Positions 8,238 through 17,338 are shown, counted from the first letter of the stretch. The stretch: 64,000 nt of DNA from Minisyncoccia bacterium (GCA_038207395.1 JBBQZW010000001.1:13530-77529); one strand, 5' to 3'. The notes: generated from the sequence alone by a model not told the origin. Numbers and translations are program-made.

Positions 8238-8645
8238 TCATGCCTGAACGGTAAGTAATAGCCCGGTTATGAGTACGCCAGCCAATGTTGGCAGGAATAC
8301 CCAGTGCACAAAAGGTGCGTGGTATTTTGGCGACTTCTTCCCTGAAATAACAAATACAAGAAGCCCAGCCTCAAGAAGCAGAAACGCATCAAGTACCCAA
8401 TGGAAGATAAGAAACGGACCAATGTCTGGCACTAGCGATGTATTCTCATATCGCACCAGGAGTTCAACAAAGGCGATGAGAATTACAAATGCCAGGGAAA
8501 GCCGCATTCGGTAATCACGGTGTTCATTTTTTGACTCAGTACTCTGGAGTATCTGGGCACGTTTTCCGCTCCAGACAACCATTCCCGTGACATAGATAAT
8601 CCGAACCACTACGGCGAAGATACAGAGTTTTAAGAATAGAATCAT
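8238..8645 (-). CDS. small integral membrane protein (4 predicted TM), unknown function
   Basis: 135-aa hydrophobic ORF adjacent to the crt cluster. Confidence 0.5.
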   Translation of the reverse strand: MILFLKLCIFAVVVRIIYVTGMVVWSGKRAQILQSTESKNEHRDYRMRLSLAFVILIAFVELLVRYENTSLVPDIGPFLIFHWVLDAFLLLEAGLLVFVISGKKSPKYHAPFVHWVFLPTLAGVLITGLLLTVQA

Positions 8646-8663
8646 GAGCTACTCCCTTCATAA

Positions 8664-9038
8664 ATGTCCTGGCAGACTATACACTACAAGCACATGCTAT
8701 CCAAGAATCGTGTTCATCTTCTCTGTGTGAGCACGGTTCCTTTATTTGTCATACTTTCGGGATATTTTCTCCTACATAAAGAGTATCTGTATTCCCTGCT
8801 TTCACTGGGTGGTGTAGTTCTTTGCATGGAAACTCGCGTGAGAATGGGATATCGAGGCCCCCGCAAGGCCTTATTCGTTATTCACTTAATTTGTTGCATC
8901 GGACTTCTGATGGGACTAGTAACCCTTATTATTTCTCCGGCGTATGAGTGGATGTATATGCTTTCAAGTGTGTTATTCGGGGGAATGGTAGGTACGGGTG
9001 CGCTTTTGATACGACAGAGTTGGCACCCGGTATACTAA
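8664..9038 (+). CDS. small integral membrane protein, unknown function
   Basis: 124-aa hydrophobic ORF directly upstream of cydA. No clear SD. Confidence 0.3.
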   Translation: MSWQTIHYKHMLSKNRVHLLCVSTVPLFVILSGYFLLHKEYLYSLLSLGGVVLCMETRVRMGYRGPRKALFVIHLICCIGLLMGLVTLIISPAYEWMYMLSSVLFGGMVGTGALLIRQSWHPVY

Positions 9039-9059
9039 AGACACGACCTCCTTAGAATC

Positions 9060-10448
9060 ATGGATATTCTCACTCTTTCGCGCATTCAGTTTGGCGGCAC
9101 AGCAGCATTCCATATTCTTTGGCCACTCCTTTCTATCGGTCTTGGAATATACCTTTTCGTGCTTGAGGCGCTGTGGCTCAAAACGAAGAATGATTCGTAC
9201 TACCGTCAACTTCGCTTCTGGGTAAAGATTTTTGTACTTACCTTTGTTATGGGAACAGCTTCAGGTATTCCCCTCGAGTTTGAGTTCGGTACGAACTGGG
9301 CAGCCTTTTCAAACGCTGCAGGAGACTTTATGGGAAACATTCTCGGCTTTGAATCAACGGTTGCGTTTGCGCTAGAAGCAGCCTTCCTGGGTATATTCGC
9401 CTTCGGGTGGAAGCGTGTGCGCCCCGCTATCCACCTTTTTGCAAATGGCATGGTTGCCTTTGGGGCAACGCTCTCTGCGTTCTGGATAATGGTCGCAAAC
9501 TCATGGATGCAAATCCCAACAGGCATTACCGTAGAAGGTACAAAAATAATCGTGACGGACTATATGGTCGCGATCTTTAACCCTGGCTCACTTATTAGTT
9601 TTGCCCATATGGAAATCGCTTGTATTGAGACGACTCTCTTTTTCATTATGGGTATTTCAGCGTTTGCAATACTAAAAGCCACCGATACGGCGCGTAAAGA
9701 ATTCTTTCTCCAGTCATTTCGTATTGCGCTTGCTATTGCAGTACTTATTACACCGCTTCAGCTATTCTTGGGGGACATTTCTGGCCAAGTAGTTGCAAAG
9801 TATCAGCCAGAGAAACTGGCTTCTCTTGAAATGCACTGGGATACAAACCCGCCAGGCGTTGGTGCAGGGTATTCAGTTCTTGCTTGGCCCGCTATGGAAG
9901 GAGGTCGCAATACCTTTGATGCCCAAATCCCAAACGGACTTTCTCTTATTACTACGCATTCAGTAACCGGTGAGGTAAAGGGTCTGAACGAATACCGTCC
10001 GGAGGATCGTCCGACTCCTATAAACTCAATTCTTACGTTCTACTCGTTCCGTCTGATGGTGCTTTGCGGCATTATCATGTTTGCACTCATGATTGTTGGT
10101 ATGTGGTACTGGAAGAAGGGGCGACTCACCGTCGACGCAGTTACTAAGCACCGCTGGTTCTGGCGTTCTTGGATCTTTGCCATACCCCTCGGCTTTATTG
10201 CCACTGAAGCAGGGTGGATGGTACGTGAGATTGGACGCCAGCCGTGGGTGGTGTATCACCTTATGCGTACAAGTGAGGGTGTTTCTCCGAACCTTTCTGC
10301 CGTACCTGTTGCCATAACGACCGCACTCTTCGCGCTATTCTATCTAGTCTCAATTGTTGGATTTATATACTTTACCTATCGCATCGTCCGCAAAGGCCCT
10401 GATCTTACCAGTCCTGTCATTCGCTACATGCCCCGCACCACGCCATGA
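9060..10448 (+). CDS. cydA: cytochrome bd ubiquinol oxidase subunit I
   Basis: 462 aa. Strong CydA similarity (GGTAAFHILWP..., GWKRV, Q-loop region). Confidence 0.9.
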   Translation: MDILTLSRIQFGGTAAFHILWPLLSIGLGIYLFVLEALWLKTKNDSYYRQLRFWVKIFVLTFVMGTASGIPLEFEFGTNWAAFSNAAGDFMGNILGFESTVAFALEAAFLGIFAFGWKRVRPAIHLFANGMVAFGATLSAFWIMVANSWMQIPTGITVEGTKIIVTDYMVAIFNPGSLISFAHMEIACIETTLFFIMGISAFAILKATDTARKEFFLQSFRIALAIAVLITPLQLFLGDISGQVVAKYQPEKLASLEMHWDTNPPGVGAGYSVLAWPAMEGGRNTFDAQIPNGLSLITTHSVTGEVKGLNEYRPEDRPTPINSILTFYSFRLMVLCGIIMFALMIVGMWYWKKGRLTVDAVTKHRWFWRSWIFAIPLGFIATEAGWMVREIGRQPWVVYHLMRTSEGVSPNLSAVPVAITTALFALFYLVSIVGFIYFTYRIVRKGPDLTSPVIRYMPRTTP

Positions 10449-11287
10449 CCGAGATTCTGCATCTTATTCCAGTGTACTGGCATATGGATTGGCTCCCTGC
10501 CTTATGGTTCTTTACTATTGCTCTTGAGATTGGACTCTATCTGATGCTTGATGGTGCAGATCTGGGTATTGGCATTCTCTCACTATTTTCTAAGAACGAG
10601 CATACTCGAGGGTACGTTATGCAAGTGATTGGTCCTATATGGGACGCAAACGAAACCTGGTTAGTGGTTGCGGCTGGAACACTCTTTGGTGCATTCCCCC
10701 TTGCTTACGGCATCATCCTAAGCGCACTCTACATTCCAGTGATGATCCTCATCTTTGGTCTTATTCTCCGAGCAGTATCCTTCGAGTTCTATCATTTCGC
10801 CTCACGCAAGCGTATCTGGGGACGATTCTTTGGCATTGGGAGTCTGATGGCTGCTGTTGGACAGGGACTACTTGCAGGCGGACTTGTGTCTGGCATTGCT
10901 GTGTCTAATGGTGAGTTTGTAGGGGGACCTCTTAGTTTTGCAACTCCTATCGCTTTCGTGATAACGGCTGGTATTGTTATTGCGTACCTGTGTACGGGTA
11001 AAGCATACCTCGTTCGCCGTCATGAATCATCAGGATCCTTAAAGCGCCTTATGTACCCTTCTGCTCTGGCCGTGCTGGCGGTTGCCTTTGGAACAGTGAC
11101 TATTGTTTTGCTTCCAAACCTCGTGCCGCCGAGCATAACTATCTATACAGCAGCGGCCTCACATAAGACATTGAAGTTTATGCTCTACGGAATAGGGCCA
11201 CTAATTCCAATTATCTTTGCGTATAATCTGTATTTGTATAGAGTGTTCCGCGAAGAGCGTGAGGAGAGCCGTGACGACACGTATTAA
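10445..11287 (+). CDS. cydB: cytochrome bd ubiquinol oxidase subunit II
   Basis: 280 aa, multi-TM. 4-nt overlap with cydA. CydB-like start (DLGIGILS..., WDANETW). Confidence 0.85.
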   Translation: MTEILHLIPVYWHMDWLPALWFFTIALEIGLYLMLDGADLGIGILSLFSKNEHTRGYVMQVIGPIWDANETWLVVAAGTLFGAFPLAYGIILSALYIPVMILIFGLILRAVSFEFYHFASRKRIWGRFFGIGSLMAAVGQGLLAGGLVSGIAVSNGEFVGGPLSFATPIAFVITAGIVIAYLCTGKAYLVRRHESSGSLKRLMYPSALAVLAVAFGTVTIVLLPNLVPPSITIYTAAASHKTLKFMLYGIGPLIPIIFAYNLYLYRVFREEREESRDDTY

Positions 11288-11344
11288 GCATTTGGTCCAC
11301 TGAGGTATACTTGTGTACGGAAACCTTCATACGGGATATATACA

Positions 11345-11965
11345 ATGCAGAAACCAGGTATTACTTCACTTACGGTCTACACCGGACCCATGTTTTCTTC
11401 CAAATCAGGGAGTCTGATTATGGGTATTGAACGCGCCGGCTATGCCCATTTACGTATCAAAGTCGGGAAATCTGGCATGGATACGCGTACGAATGGAGAA
11501 GTTGCCACGCGGCGTATTAAAGACGGCACCCCTTCAGTGCTTTCAAGCATAGAGGCAACGCCAATCTCTTCGCGTGAGGAATTCCTTGCATTTACTGCAG
11601 GGGATGACTATGACGTACTTGCCTTCGATGAGGTACAGTTTTTTACTCTTGACTCACCGATGCAAGACACGCTTGGTTGGTTTGGCAGGGAAATTCGTGA
11701 TCTTCTTCACCGTAGGAAAGATACATCGCTTCAGATCCTGATTGCAGGACTCGACACTGATGCAACTGATCTTCCCTTTGGGGTTATGCCAGGACTCATG
11801 GCCATTGCTGACCGGGTGGAGAAACTCACGGCAGTATGTATGGTGTGTGGTTCATTCTTTGCAACGAAGTCTCAGAGACTAAGTTCAGACAAGGGTACTG
11901 TGTCAGTCGGAGATGCGGGCATTTACGAAGCGCGATGCCGCTTGTGCTTTACTACGGGAACATAA
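11345..11965 (+). CDS. tdk: thymidine kinase
   Basis: 206 aa. VYTGPMFSSKSGSLI P-loop. DEVQFF. C-terminal CxxC...CxxC zinc ribbon. Confidence 0.85.
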   Translation: MQKPGITSLTVYTGPMFSSKSGSLIMGIERAGYAHLRIKVGKSGMDTRTNGEVATRRIKDGTPSVLSSIEATPISSREEFLAFTAGDDYDVLAFDEVQFFTLDSPMQDTLGWFGREIRDLLHRRKDTSLQILIAGLDTDATDLPFGVMPGLMAIADRVEKLTAVCMVCGSFFATKSQRLSSDKGTVSVGDAGIYEARCRLCFTTGT

Positions 11966-11970
11966 GCTGA

Positions 11971-12004
11971 AGACCCAGCTCGCTGCGCGAGCTGGGTCTT
12001 TTCA
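11971..12004 (+). terminator. rho-independent terminator
   Basis: agacccagctcgc-tgc-gcgagctgggtct followed by tttc. Confidence 0.7.
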
Positions 12005-12028
12005 TTTGATTCATACAGGAGAGTATTC

Positions 12029-12397
12029 CTACGCCTGCTGGTCAAGCTTTACTGCAGCTTCGGTTCGAGACACCGGCTTACTTGCAGTAAGAAGCTTTAG
12101 AATACCCAGAGCAATGATGTAGTACACGACCATGGCAAGGAGTGTAGTCCATTCAAAAACACTCCCGGCAAGACGTGAAGCAGGAAAAACTGCTATAAAT
12201 GGCGCTGCAAATGGGTAGCTCAGTGTGTATATAAAGCTTGTAAAACCTGCAGAAGCATTTGCTCCTAGTAGTCTCAAAACAAAGCGAAATGCGAGAAGCA
12301 CTTCAAGAACTCCGAGGATGTACCAGACGATTTGTGTACCGCGATAAAGTGGACGACTGCTTCTGCTAACCGGAGTTGGATACGTGTAAATGGCCAT
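12029..12397 (-). CDS. YggT-like small membrane protein
   Basis: 122 aa, two hydrophobic segments. Loose resemblance to the YggT family. Confidence 0.4.
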   Translation of the reverse strand: MAIYTYPTPVSRSSRPLYRGTQIVWYILGVLEVLLAFRFVLRLLGANASAGFTSFIYTLSYPFAAPFIAVFPASRLAGSVFEWTTLLAMVVYYIIALGILKLLTASKPVSRTEAAVKLDQQA

Positions 12398-12503
12398 AGA
12401 AAAAGTTCATTCGAGTAATATATTAATACTATGCGGGTACACGTAAAGAATTGATGAAGGCGTGCTCAGCAGAGTAGAAATGATTTTGATATACTGATCC
12501 CAT

Positions 12504-13061
12504 ATGACACACACCAATACTTCAATTCCATTAGCAGAAGGTGCACACGTTCCAAACGTAACGTTCAAGACTCGGGTACGTGACGAATCAGTGGGCGGAG
12601 AAAACCCATACCGTTGGGAGGATGTTACCACTGATCAAGTGTTTGGTGGGAAGACCGTAGTGGTGTTCGGGCTCCCTGGCGCATTTACTCCCACATGCTC
12701 AAGTACCCATGCTCCTGGATTTGAGCAGAAGTACGAAGACTTTAAGAATGCAGGTGTTGATGAGGTGTACTGTCTTTCGGTAAACGATGCCTTTGTAATG
12801 AAGCAGTGGGCAGACAAACTTGGAATTTCTAAGGTAAAAATGCTTCCAGACGGTAACGCTGAGTTTACGCGCGGCATGGGAATGCTGGTTAAGAAAGAAA
12901 ATCTAGGCTTTGGAGATCGTTCATGGCGCTACAGTATGCTTGTAAAAGATGGTGTAATAACCAAACTTTTTATTGAGCCAGGTTTTTCTGATAACTGTGA
13001 CAGCGATCCATTCACTGTATCTGATGCTCAAACAATACTTGATGAGGTAACTGCTGCATAA
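12504..13061 (+). CDS. peroxiredoxin, Prx5-like (AhpC/TSA/redoxin family)
   Basis: [22 protein letters not shown] peroxidatic Cys motif. Confidence 0.85.
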   Translation: MTHTNTSIPLAEGAHVPNVTFKTRVRDESVGGENPYRWEDVTTDQVFGGKTVVVFGLPGAFTPTCSSTHAPGFEQKYEDFKNAGVDEVYCLSVNDAFVMKQWADKLGISKVKMLPDGNAEFTRGMGMLVKKENLGFGDRSWRYSMLVKDGVITKLFIEPGFSDNCDSDPFTVSDAQTILDEVTAA

Positions 13062-13078
13062 GTAGCGTACAGAAATAA

Positions 13079-13107
13079 GAAAAGCCCACGCAAAGCGTGG
13101 GCTTTTC
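13079..13107. terminator. bidirectional rho-independent terminator between convergent genes
   Basis: aaaagcccacgc-aaa-gcgtgggcttttc, with T-runs on both strands. Confidence 0.65.
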
Positions 13108-13395
13108 TTATACTCGAACTGAGCGCATCGGCATTTTCTTCTGCGTACGCTTGTCACATTTCATGCACTTAACATAGAGTTTTGGCTTCTCCCCCCCTTC
13201 AATTTTTTTATCCACCTTCCAGTCATGAGCGCAGATAACGCGTGCAATAACAGCACTAATATTTCCTGCACTAAAAACGTACTCTCCCATCATGTCGCGC
13301 AACACATCATGTTCATCGAACGTAAGTGGTCGCTCCAACAGCTCTTCTACATAATCATAGATTTGCTGACGGTAGTGTTTGGGACGTCGTTTCAT
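13108..13395 (-). CDS. small basic protein, unknown function (operon partner of the SET-domain gene)
   Basis: 95 aa, K/R-rich, with a C-terminal C..H...C..C cluster. 10-nt gap after the SET gene. Confidence 0.5.
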   Translation of the reverse strand: MKRRPKHYRQQIYDYVEELLERPLTFDEHDVLRDMMGEYVFSAGNISAVIARVICAHDWKVDKKIEGGEKPKLYVKCMKCDKRTQKKMPMRSVRV

Positions 13396-13404
13396 AATTC
13401 TTAT

Positions 13405-13848
13405 TTATGGAGACGTTTTTACGATACGTTTCTTACCTGGATCATTAAGTTCAGGAGCGCAGGATGCGCATCTGCAAGGCGTACAGTGTTCTTTAGTGTA
13501 CTCTTTTCCATAGTCATAGGTAATTTCATCTCCTAGTTTTATATTTTTCTTAGCAAATATATATACCCGTGCTTTGTGTATAACTGCTTCTGCATTTGGT
13601 TTACACGAATGATTTATGTACCCTGCCTTATTAATCTTTGGCTTGCCATCAAGAGTCTTCTTCTTTGTTACCTCGAATAGATATTTACTCTTACTCGAAT
13701 AGGCTTCGTCTTCTGAAATTTCTCTCCCTACATATTCAATAATACAGTCATCTTTAGAGATCACTGATCCCGCAAACATGCCAAGGCCCGCGCTCGACCG
13801 CTTAACAAGCAGTTTAAAATCTCCTGGAGTATACGTTCGGCGTGCCAT
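13405..13848 (-). CDS. SET-domain protein (putative protein lysine methyltransferase)
   Basis: GLGMFAG, NHSCKPN, GDEITYDYG and a post-SET CTPCRCASC cluster. Start set to ATG 13848; the longer ORF uses TTG and would overlap GH18. Confidence 0.8.
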   Translation of the reverse strand: MARRTYTPGDFKLLVKRSSAGLGMFAGSVISKDDCIIEYVGREISEDEAYSSKSKYLFEVTKKKTLDGKPKINKAGYINHSCKPNAEAVIHKARVYIFAKKNIKLGDEITYDYGKEYTKEHCTPCRCASCAPELNDPGKKRIVKTSP

Positions 13849-13864
13849 AGTTATCTTAGAAACC

Positions 13865-15466
13865 TTAGGCGCCAATCTTAGCACGGCTCTGTGGACCAAA
13901 ATACCCTGTTGCCGGCAGTCCCGCAGCCTTCTGCCATGCTTTTACTGCTGCCGTGGTTGCAGGACCATACACACCGTTTGCCGTGGCTTTTAGATACCCT
14001 TTTTTGATTAGAATGTTCTGTAGCTTGGTTACCTCAGTGCCTTTTGATCCAGTCTTCAAGTCTTTGGTAAACGTTGAGGTGGTTGAAGGAGTGGTCTTTG
14101 GTGGTACTGAAGTCGTGGTTGCCACTGGTGATGCCACTACCGCCGTACTGGTGGTTGCACTTCCAGAACCAGAAAGGCTGGTTACGCGAGACGTTATCGG
14201 ATTACGCTCAGGACTTCCTATGCTTGCGAGTGCACTCCACATAGCGGGGTCTTCACTACCATCAATTTTAAAGATTGCGATACCTGCTACTCCTAGTTTT
14301 TTTGCAAGTACTGCTTTTTCTTTAATAGCTTGCGCGTCACTCCAGGTAACGAATGTTACGGGCGCCTGCTTAGTTTGCTGCTTAGTAAACGCGAGCGCTC
14401 CAGCTGCTGCAAGGTATGCTGAAGCCGTTCCGCTTGGCGCGAGCGCTGAAAGTGTTGAGTTACTTGGAAGTAAGCTTGTTTGTGCCATGTCTACATAACT
14501 GAAGTAGAGTTCGCCTGATGCATTGCGTGTTGGCGTTATGTTGTACTGCTTCGCAAGATCAACAGCATATTTCGGATTAAACGCTGAGAGCTTGGTATAG
14601 GTGAATCCTTTTCCGTCAGGATTCGACATTGCCTGGTACTCAGCTCCGTAGGTTGCAACTCCTAAAAGAATTTTGCTTGGGCTAATTTCCTGAGACATGT
14701 AGTGGATAACTTTCTCCACCCATGCGGTATCTGCAAGTGGTGCGTATAACTGATCACTATATTTGTTATTGAGCTGAATATCTGCAGTCTGCTGGTCGTA
14801 CGTCATAATACGAACGCGGTCACATACCTTGTTTATAACCGAAAGATCGTTCGCATACTCAATGTTTGGAGGAGGTGTTCCTGAGTAACGTGCCTCAAGG
14901 GGCATACGGGCTTCGATAGTACAGTCGAGTGTTAGCTTCGTATTTGCCTTGTAGAGTGCTGCTGATAACTCGGTAAGAAACGCTGAGAAACCAGGACGTG
15001 TCTCTGCCGTCTTACCTTCGTAATCAATATCAACCCCATCAAATCCGTTTTGCTGAATAGTCGTTACGATAGCTTGTATATGTGCAGCGCGAAGGTTCGG
15101 ATCATTTAGAACCGCATAAATGTTTGGAGTATCTGACCACATGATGGTAGGAACAACTTTTACCCCTTTGGCGCGTGCTGCCTGGAACAATGTCTGCCAT
15201 GCGCCACTCCCAATGTTTGAAGTATCGGCAAGAGTGCCGTCTGTTTTAACACTGTATCCAAAAGGATTAATTTCAGTAAGTTGTGAAAGATTTGCATGCG
15301 CGTCTGCAGTTCCTTTTGCTGTGGCCCAGTACGGTATCCACCCCGTGTATTCAAGCGAATTACTTACTGGGGCAGCACTAGCTGCAGGGGCAACGCTGGT
15401 AAAGATAAAAAGTGCGAGCAGTGCTGCTGCGCCTAGTTTGGAAAAGAAAGGTACAAGTCGGTTCAT
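13865..15466 (-). CDS. secreted glycoside hydrolase family 18 (chitinase-like) with C-terminal peptidoglycan-binding domain
   Basis: N-terminal signal peptide. FDGVDIDYEG catalytic motif. Thr/Ser/Pro linker. C-terminal PG_binding_1-like LQNILIKKGYL...GVYGPATTAAVKAWQ. Confidence 0.8.
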   Translation of the reverse strand: MNRLVPFFSKLGAAALLALFIFTSVAPAASAAPVSNSLEYTGWIPYWATAKGTADAHANLSQLTEINPFGYSVKTDGTLADTSNIGSGAWQTLFQAARAKGVKVVPTIMWSDTPNIYAVLNDPNLRAAHIQAIVTTIQQNGFDGVDIDYEGKTAETRPGFSAFLTELSAALYKANTKLTLDCTIEARMPLEARYSGTPPPNIEYANDLSVINKVCDRVRIMTYDQQTADIQLNNKYSDQLYAPLADTAWVEKVIHYMSQEISPSKILLGVATYGAEYQAMSNPDGKGFTYTKLSAFNPKYAVDLAKQYNITPTRNASGELYFSYVDMAQTSLLPSNSTLSALAPSGTASAYLAAAGALAFTKQQTKQAPVTFVTWSDAQAIKEKAVLAKKLGVAGIAIFKIDGSEDPAMWSALASIGSPERNPITSRVTSLSGSGSATTSTAVVASPVATTTSVPPKTTPSTTSTFTKDLKTGSKGTEVTKLQNILIKKGYLKATANGVYGPATTAAVKAWQKAAGLPATGYFGPQSRAKIGA

Positions 15467-15524
15467 ATAAGGAAAGTATACCTGTTAAGACGGACTACGT
15501 CAGCTTTTCTTACCTACGAAACTT

Positions 15525-15552
15525 TGACATACCATCTCATTTGTTATATAAA
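15525..15552 (+). promoter_or_regulatory. sigma70-like promoter (TTGACA-16-TATAAA)
   Basis: Consensus -35 and -10 elements about 50 nt upstream of the egtD-like ATG, which has an AAGGAG SD. Confidence 0.45.
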
Positions 15553-15602
15553 CTATATGGATTAAGCACGTATACACACCTTCACTACAAGGAGATGTTT
15601 TC

Positions 15603-16601
15603 ATGACTACGTATGAAGTACTTGCAACGCCGTCTGCGTCAGGAATTTCGCTCTTCGGAGCGGATGTCCTGCAAGGGCTCAGTAAACGCAAAAAGCAAAT
15701 ACCCGCTCGGTATTTCTATGATGATCGAGGGAGTGAGCTGTTTGATCAGATTACTCGGCTACCTGAATATTACCCGACTCGAGCCGAGACGAGCATTCTG
15801 AGCGCGAATGCAGACTTGATCTGCGAGCTCGTGGGCACTGAACCAACCGACATTGTCGAGCTGGGCTGCGGCTGCGGACCCAAAACGTGGGATTTGCTTG
15901 GTGCACTTCTTTCGAATGGTGCCGATATCAGATATCGCCCCATCGACATTTCAGAGGGTGCGATGAGTACACTTTACACTGAGCTTGACCGCCGCTTTGG
16001 TAGTCGCCTTGAAGTTGAAGGTGTCGTCGCCGAATATAACGGTGGACTTGCTCACTTGAATGCACAAAGCACCAAAAAAGGCCGTAAGAAGCTGATCTTG
16101 TTCTTCGGAGCAAATATCGGCAACATGACGGACCCCGAAGCGGTGCAGTTCCTGCGTGAACTTGGTGAATATATGCAGCCTGAGGATCGACTCCTTATTG
16201 GATTTGATCTGAAGAAGGACCTGCACATTCTTCAGCAAGCATATGATGACAGTCAGGGCATCACAGCTGAATTTAATCTCAACCTTCTGGCACGAATGAA
16301 TCGGGAACTTGGTGCGGATTTCGATCTCACTAACTTTACGCATCACGCGTTTTACGATCCTGCTCGTGAAGCCATGGTCAGCTGGATAATCTCTTTGGAG
16401 GCTCAGCAAGTCAGGTTTAAGGGCATGATTGGAAACCCGACGTTCATATTCCGTGAGCTTGAAGGAATCTGGGTTGAAATGTCTCGTAAGTTCAGTACTG
16501 ATGACATATCAGTACTTGCTCAACGCAGTGACCTGATTGTCGAAAATTGGCTCTTGGATTCTCAACAAATGTTCGTTAATACGATTTTAAGACGTGCGTA
16601 A
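15603..16601 (+). CDS. egtD: EgtD-family SAM-dependent L-histidine N-alpha-methyltransferase
   Basis: YFYDDRGSELFDQITRLPEYYPTRAE, FFGANIGN, LLIGFDLKKD and AYDDSQGITAEFNLNLLARMNRELGADFDL closely match mycobacterial EgtD. Confidence 0.85.
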   Translation: MTTYEVLATPSASGISLFGADVLQGLSKRKKQIPARYFYDDRGSELFDQITRLPEYYPTRAETSILSANADLICELVGTEPTDIVELGCGCGPKTWDLLGALLSNGADIRYRPIDISEGAMSTLYTELDRRFGSRLEVEGVVAEYNGGLAHLNAQSTKKGRKKLILFFGANIGNMTDPEAVQFLRELGEYMQPEDRLLIGFDLKKDLHILQQAYDDSQGITAEFNLNLLARMNRELGADFDLTNFTHHAFYDPAREAMVSWIISLEAQQVRFKGMIGNPTFIFRELEGIWVEMSRKFSTDDISVLAQRSDLIVENWLLDSQQMFVNTILRRA

Positions 16602-16612
16602 TCGTCTATATA

Positions 16613-16645
16613 AAAGGCGGCCGAGAATCGGCCGCCTTTTTCTTT
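16613..16645 (+). terminator. rho-independent terminator
   Basis: aaaaggcggccgagaatcggccgccttttt. Confidence 0.8.
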
Positions 16646-16659
16646 ATACCCATAACGCA

Positions 16660-16692
16660 AAAGAACCCACATCCACAAAGGATCGGGTTCTC
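16660..16692 (-). terminator. probable minus-strand terminator for the 3D-domain gene
   Basis: agaaccc ... gggttct hairpin with ttttgcg on the minus strand. Confidence 0.45.
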
Positions 16693-16708
16693 TTGTCCAA
16701 GTACGAAT

Positions 16709-17329
16709 TTAACGCACTGCGAGCTGTGAGGAAGCTTCTACCATACGTACGAGTTCAGCCTGCGTTGAAGGAATATCCTTAACGTTAATCTTGCCGATCA
16801 CGCGAATGGTGACTTTGCCACACAAACCGAGTGCACGCCCTGGGTTGATCTGGCGTCCGTTATGAGAGACCGTGTTGTCCTCATCAAGCAATACGTCCAC
16901 CGTGTTTGTGATTCGAGTATTCATAGCATCCGCAATAACGCGGTAGCCAATCTGCGACTCAACCTTCTTGTATCCACATGAAGGAGTGTCTGCATTTTCT
17001 CGATCAAGCTCGATGATCGTACCGTACGGAAGCTTTTTTGCGAGATCGCCGGAGCGAGCCGCAACAACTTCAGGGTTCGAGAACGCGCCGCTCGCAGTCC
17101 AAAACGGGTTGTTATCCGTCTGAGCAGGAACAGCATTATATGCGGTGAGCTTGGTTGTGAGGGTAATTGGTGCTACGGGAGCAATAACTACCATCGGAGC
17201 CGGAAGTCGTCCAACCGAAGTTGAACTCGCTACTGCTACTGGCGTCGTTGCTTGCGCAGAGGCGACGGGAGCGGTAACGCTTGCCGGCAAAACCATAAGA
17301 CCCACCAGAACGGGTATTAGGAAAGGCAT
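16709..17329 (-). CDS. secreted 3D-domain protein (MltA/RlpA-like cell-wall binding or lytic fold)
   Basis: Signal peptide. TAYNAVPAQTDNNPFWTASGA is characteristic of the 3D domain. Confidence 0.7.
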   Translation of the reverse strand: MPFLIPVLVGLMVLPASVTAPVASAQATTPVAVASSTSVGRLPAPMVVIAPVAPITLTTKLTAYNAVPAQTDNNPFWTASGAFSNPEVVAARSGDLAKKLPYGTIIELDRENADTPSCGYKKVESQIGYRVIADAMNTRITNTVDVLLDEDNTVSHNGRQINPGRALGLCGKVTIRVIGKINVKDIPSTQAELVRMVEASSQLAVR

Positions 17330-17338
17330 AAATGCAAA

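Noticed and set aside
15120-15470. 116-aa plus-strand ORF at the 5' end of the GH18 gene
   Set aside because: Antisense to the signal-peptide and catalytic region of a well-supported gene.
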